In this document: piece by piece, positions 5,301 through 6,008 of the stretch
Layout: each line of letters starts with the position of its first letter
How positions within the stretch are numbered: the stretch's first letter is position 1
IMG/VR virus record: IMGVR_UViG_3300045988_010479
Reading direction: 5' to 3' (one strand)
Length of the DNA: 6,008 bases
Source: a virus
Translations under genes and position numbers: made by a program
The notes under the pieces: model-generated
Database searches by the model: none
What the model was told of the DNA's origin: nothing
The model's input: only the letters and a program-made list of their open reading frames with translations

Positions 5301-5400
5301 TTGTTTTTTGCTTTTTATTTACGCTTTAGCGTTAAATTTTAGCACTTTTCAACTTTTCCACTACCTCTACTACTACTCCTACAACAAGTTAATATTATAT

Positions 5401-5444
5401 TGCGCGTGCGCGCGTGCGCGCTATCGCGCGTGCGTGCACGTGCG
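5401..5444. repeat. Alternating purine-pyrimidine (CG/TG) tract, Z-DNA-prone: TGCGCGTGCGCGCGTGCGCGC-TAT-CGCGCGTGCGTGCACGTGCG
   Basis: A 21-nt and a 20-nt perfectly alternating Pu/Py run separated by TAT. About 75% GC, embedded in AT-rich non-coding DNA (TTAATATTATAT immediately upstream). Internal GCGCGTGCGCGC repeats. Confidence 0.8.
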
Positions 5445-5458
5445 AATTAGATTACCTG

Positions 5459-5476
5459 ATAGACTGAATAGACTGA
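5459..5476. repeat. Tandem 9-bp repeat ATAGACTGA x2 (context cTGATAGACTGAATAGACTGATACATAG)
   Basis: Exact tandem copies at 5459-5467 and 5468-5476. Confidence 0.7.
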
Positions 5477-5500
5477 TACATAGAGCTTTTAAACGACAAT

Positions 5501-5532
5501 AGCCCAGTACCTTACTTGATAGGTACTGGGCT
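5501..5532. promoter_or_regulatory. Perfect 12-bp-stem hairpin (AGCCCAGTACCT / AGGTACTGGGCT) with 8-nt loop TACTTGAT, 20-50 nt 3' of the rep stop on the coding strand. Candidate rep transcription terminator and/or replication-origin stem-loop.
   Basis: Exact inverted repeat read from the sequence. A second small hairpin GACACTgttaaAGTGTC (5541-5557) covers the rep stop codon. Confidence 0.6.
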
Positions 5533-5551
5533 AGGTGACACTATGACACTG

Positions 5552-6008
5552 TTAAAGTGTCCCCCTCTTCTTCATCTGCTTCTTTATCACTCTCTCTTTC
5601 GTTTTACACTGTTCTGCAAAGTTTGCATTTTCATACTTAAGTCGGTTCTCTGCGATTGCTGCTGCTTGTCTGTTCTGCTTAATTCTCCACAATCTTTGTG
5701 GGTTTTCAGCTTCCATCATTTTTTCATAATAGCGCGGAATTTGTGCGTGTTTGCCGTTTGTGCATTGGATGTAGCCTTGTCTCCAGATTTCTTCTTTGTG
5801 CTTTTTGTAATAGTTATCTCCTAGGCCTGGCTTAAGGCTCATACGTGCAAAAGGTTTTTGCTGCCCTAGTTCATAGTATGCGTTTGCTTTCTGGCCGTCA
5901 ATTTCGTACATTTTTTTTGTAACGTATCCTGCAACATATCTATATGTCTCTGGCACTGCTTGTGCTATCTGTATTTGACCCATGTCCCATAGTTCTGATA
6001 GCCATTTA
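5552..6008 (-). CDS. VP4: Replication initiation protein Rep (VP4), C-terminal part (143 aa from the internal Met plus upstream codons), truncated by the window end. Upstream part is 100-662 on the circle.
   Basis: ORF track 5552..5983 (-). Contains RYVAGYVTKKMYEID (RCR motif III with two catalytic Tyr, near-identical to phiX174 gpA YVAKYVNKK) at 5912-5938. Stop TAA at 5552-5554. The frame stays open from 5984 to 6008, consistent with continuation at 75-662. Confidence 0.9.
   Translation of the reverse strand, partial: KWLSELWDMGQIQIAQAVPETYRYVAGYVTKKMYEIDGQKANAYYELGQQKPFARMSLKPGLGDNYYKKHKEEIWRQGYIQCTNGKHAQIPRYYEKMMEAENPQRLWRIKQNRQAAAIAENRLKYENANFAEQCKTKERVIKKQMKKRGTL
5910..6008. repeat. Exact 99-bp direct repeat of bases 1-99 (terminal redundancy from wrapping a circular 5909-bp genome, or the start of a second tandem unit)
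   Basis: Bases 1-99 and 5910-6008 are identical base for base. The repeat runs to the window end, so its true extent is unknown. Confidence 0.95.

Noticed and set aside
5387-5405. Possible dif-like XerC/D site (AGTTAATATTATATTGCGCG, and GCGTTAAAT at 5330-5338), given that some Bacteroidetes microviruses integrate as Xer-dependent proviruses
   Set aside because: Only partial resemblance to the conserved XerD arm TTATGTTAAAT (7 of 11 at best). The arm-spacer-arm geometry does not fit a 28-bp dif site. The strong SD usage argues against a Bacteroidetes host. A search with clade-specific dif models would be needed.
5124-5502. Plus-strand ORFs 5124..5342 (72 aa) and 5308..5502 (64 aa) inside the non-coding region
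   Set aside because: Their sequences are direct translations of the repeats (FNTFNTFNTFN from TTCAACA tandems, CACARARYRACVHVR from the alternating GC tract). They have no SD and are on the wrong strand for this genome.
5513-5520. ACTTGATA in the hairpin loop, identical to the phiX174 gpA cleavage-site core
   Set aside because: Not rejected as a structure (see findings), but the motif identity is probably coincidental. It is on the complement of the virion-sense strand, and an 8-mer match is expected by chance about 0.2 times in a 5.9-kb genome.
5036-5551. tRNA or other known structured RNA gene in the non-coding region
   Set aside because: No cloverleaf-compatible arrangement (acceptor stem plus T-loop GTTCRANYC-like motif) could be found by eye. 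A covariance-model scan (tRNAscan/Infernal) would be needed to exclude small ncRNAs.

Overview
This window is one complete, circularly wrapped genome of a gokushovirus-like ssDNA phage (Microviridae). Bases 1-99 recur exactly at 5910-6008, so the unit length is 5909 bp and the rep gene is split by the window boundary. All supportable genes are on the minus strand, as expected for a microvirus. They are the rolling-circle initiator Rep/VP4 (339 aa, HUH motifs, YVAGYVTKK catalytic motif, PCGQCIGCR zinc-finger-like motif), the DNA pilot protein VP2, the major capsid protein VP1, the internal scaffold VP3 (ECDIKNIV motif), and a 40-aa arginine-rich J/ORF8-like DNA-binding peptide ending PMRGGIRL. 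An accessory block encodes a Peptidase_M15 (zinc D-Ala-D-Ala carboxypeptidase / endolysin-type) protein and four small ORFs (56, 40, 75 and 79 aa) with strong Shine-Dalgarno sites and tight stop/start packing. The most unusual element is a ~516-bp non-coding region (5036-5551, about 9% of a normally compact genome). It contains nine same-orientation TTCAACA repeats in two arrays, a 44-bp alternating purine-pyrimidine GC tract (Z-DNA-prone) inside AT-rich DNA, several short tandem and direct repeats, a 12-bp-stem hairpin just past the rep stop, and an extended -10 promoter (TGGTATAAT) pointing into the accessory operon. Other notable points are GTGA start/stop overlaps (VP3/VP1 and probably VP2/Rep), a GNRA hairpin between VP1 and VP2 that splits the VP2 Shine-Dalgarno from its ATG, and a gene order unlike classical Chlamydia-phage gokushoviruses. 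All plus-strand ORFs in the track are antisense artefacts.
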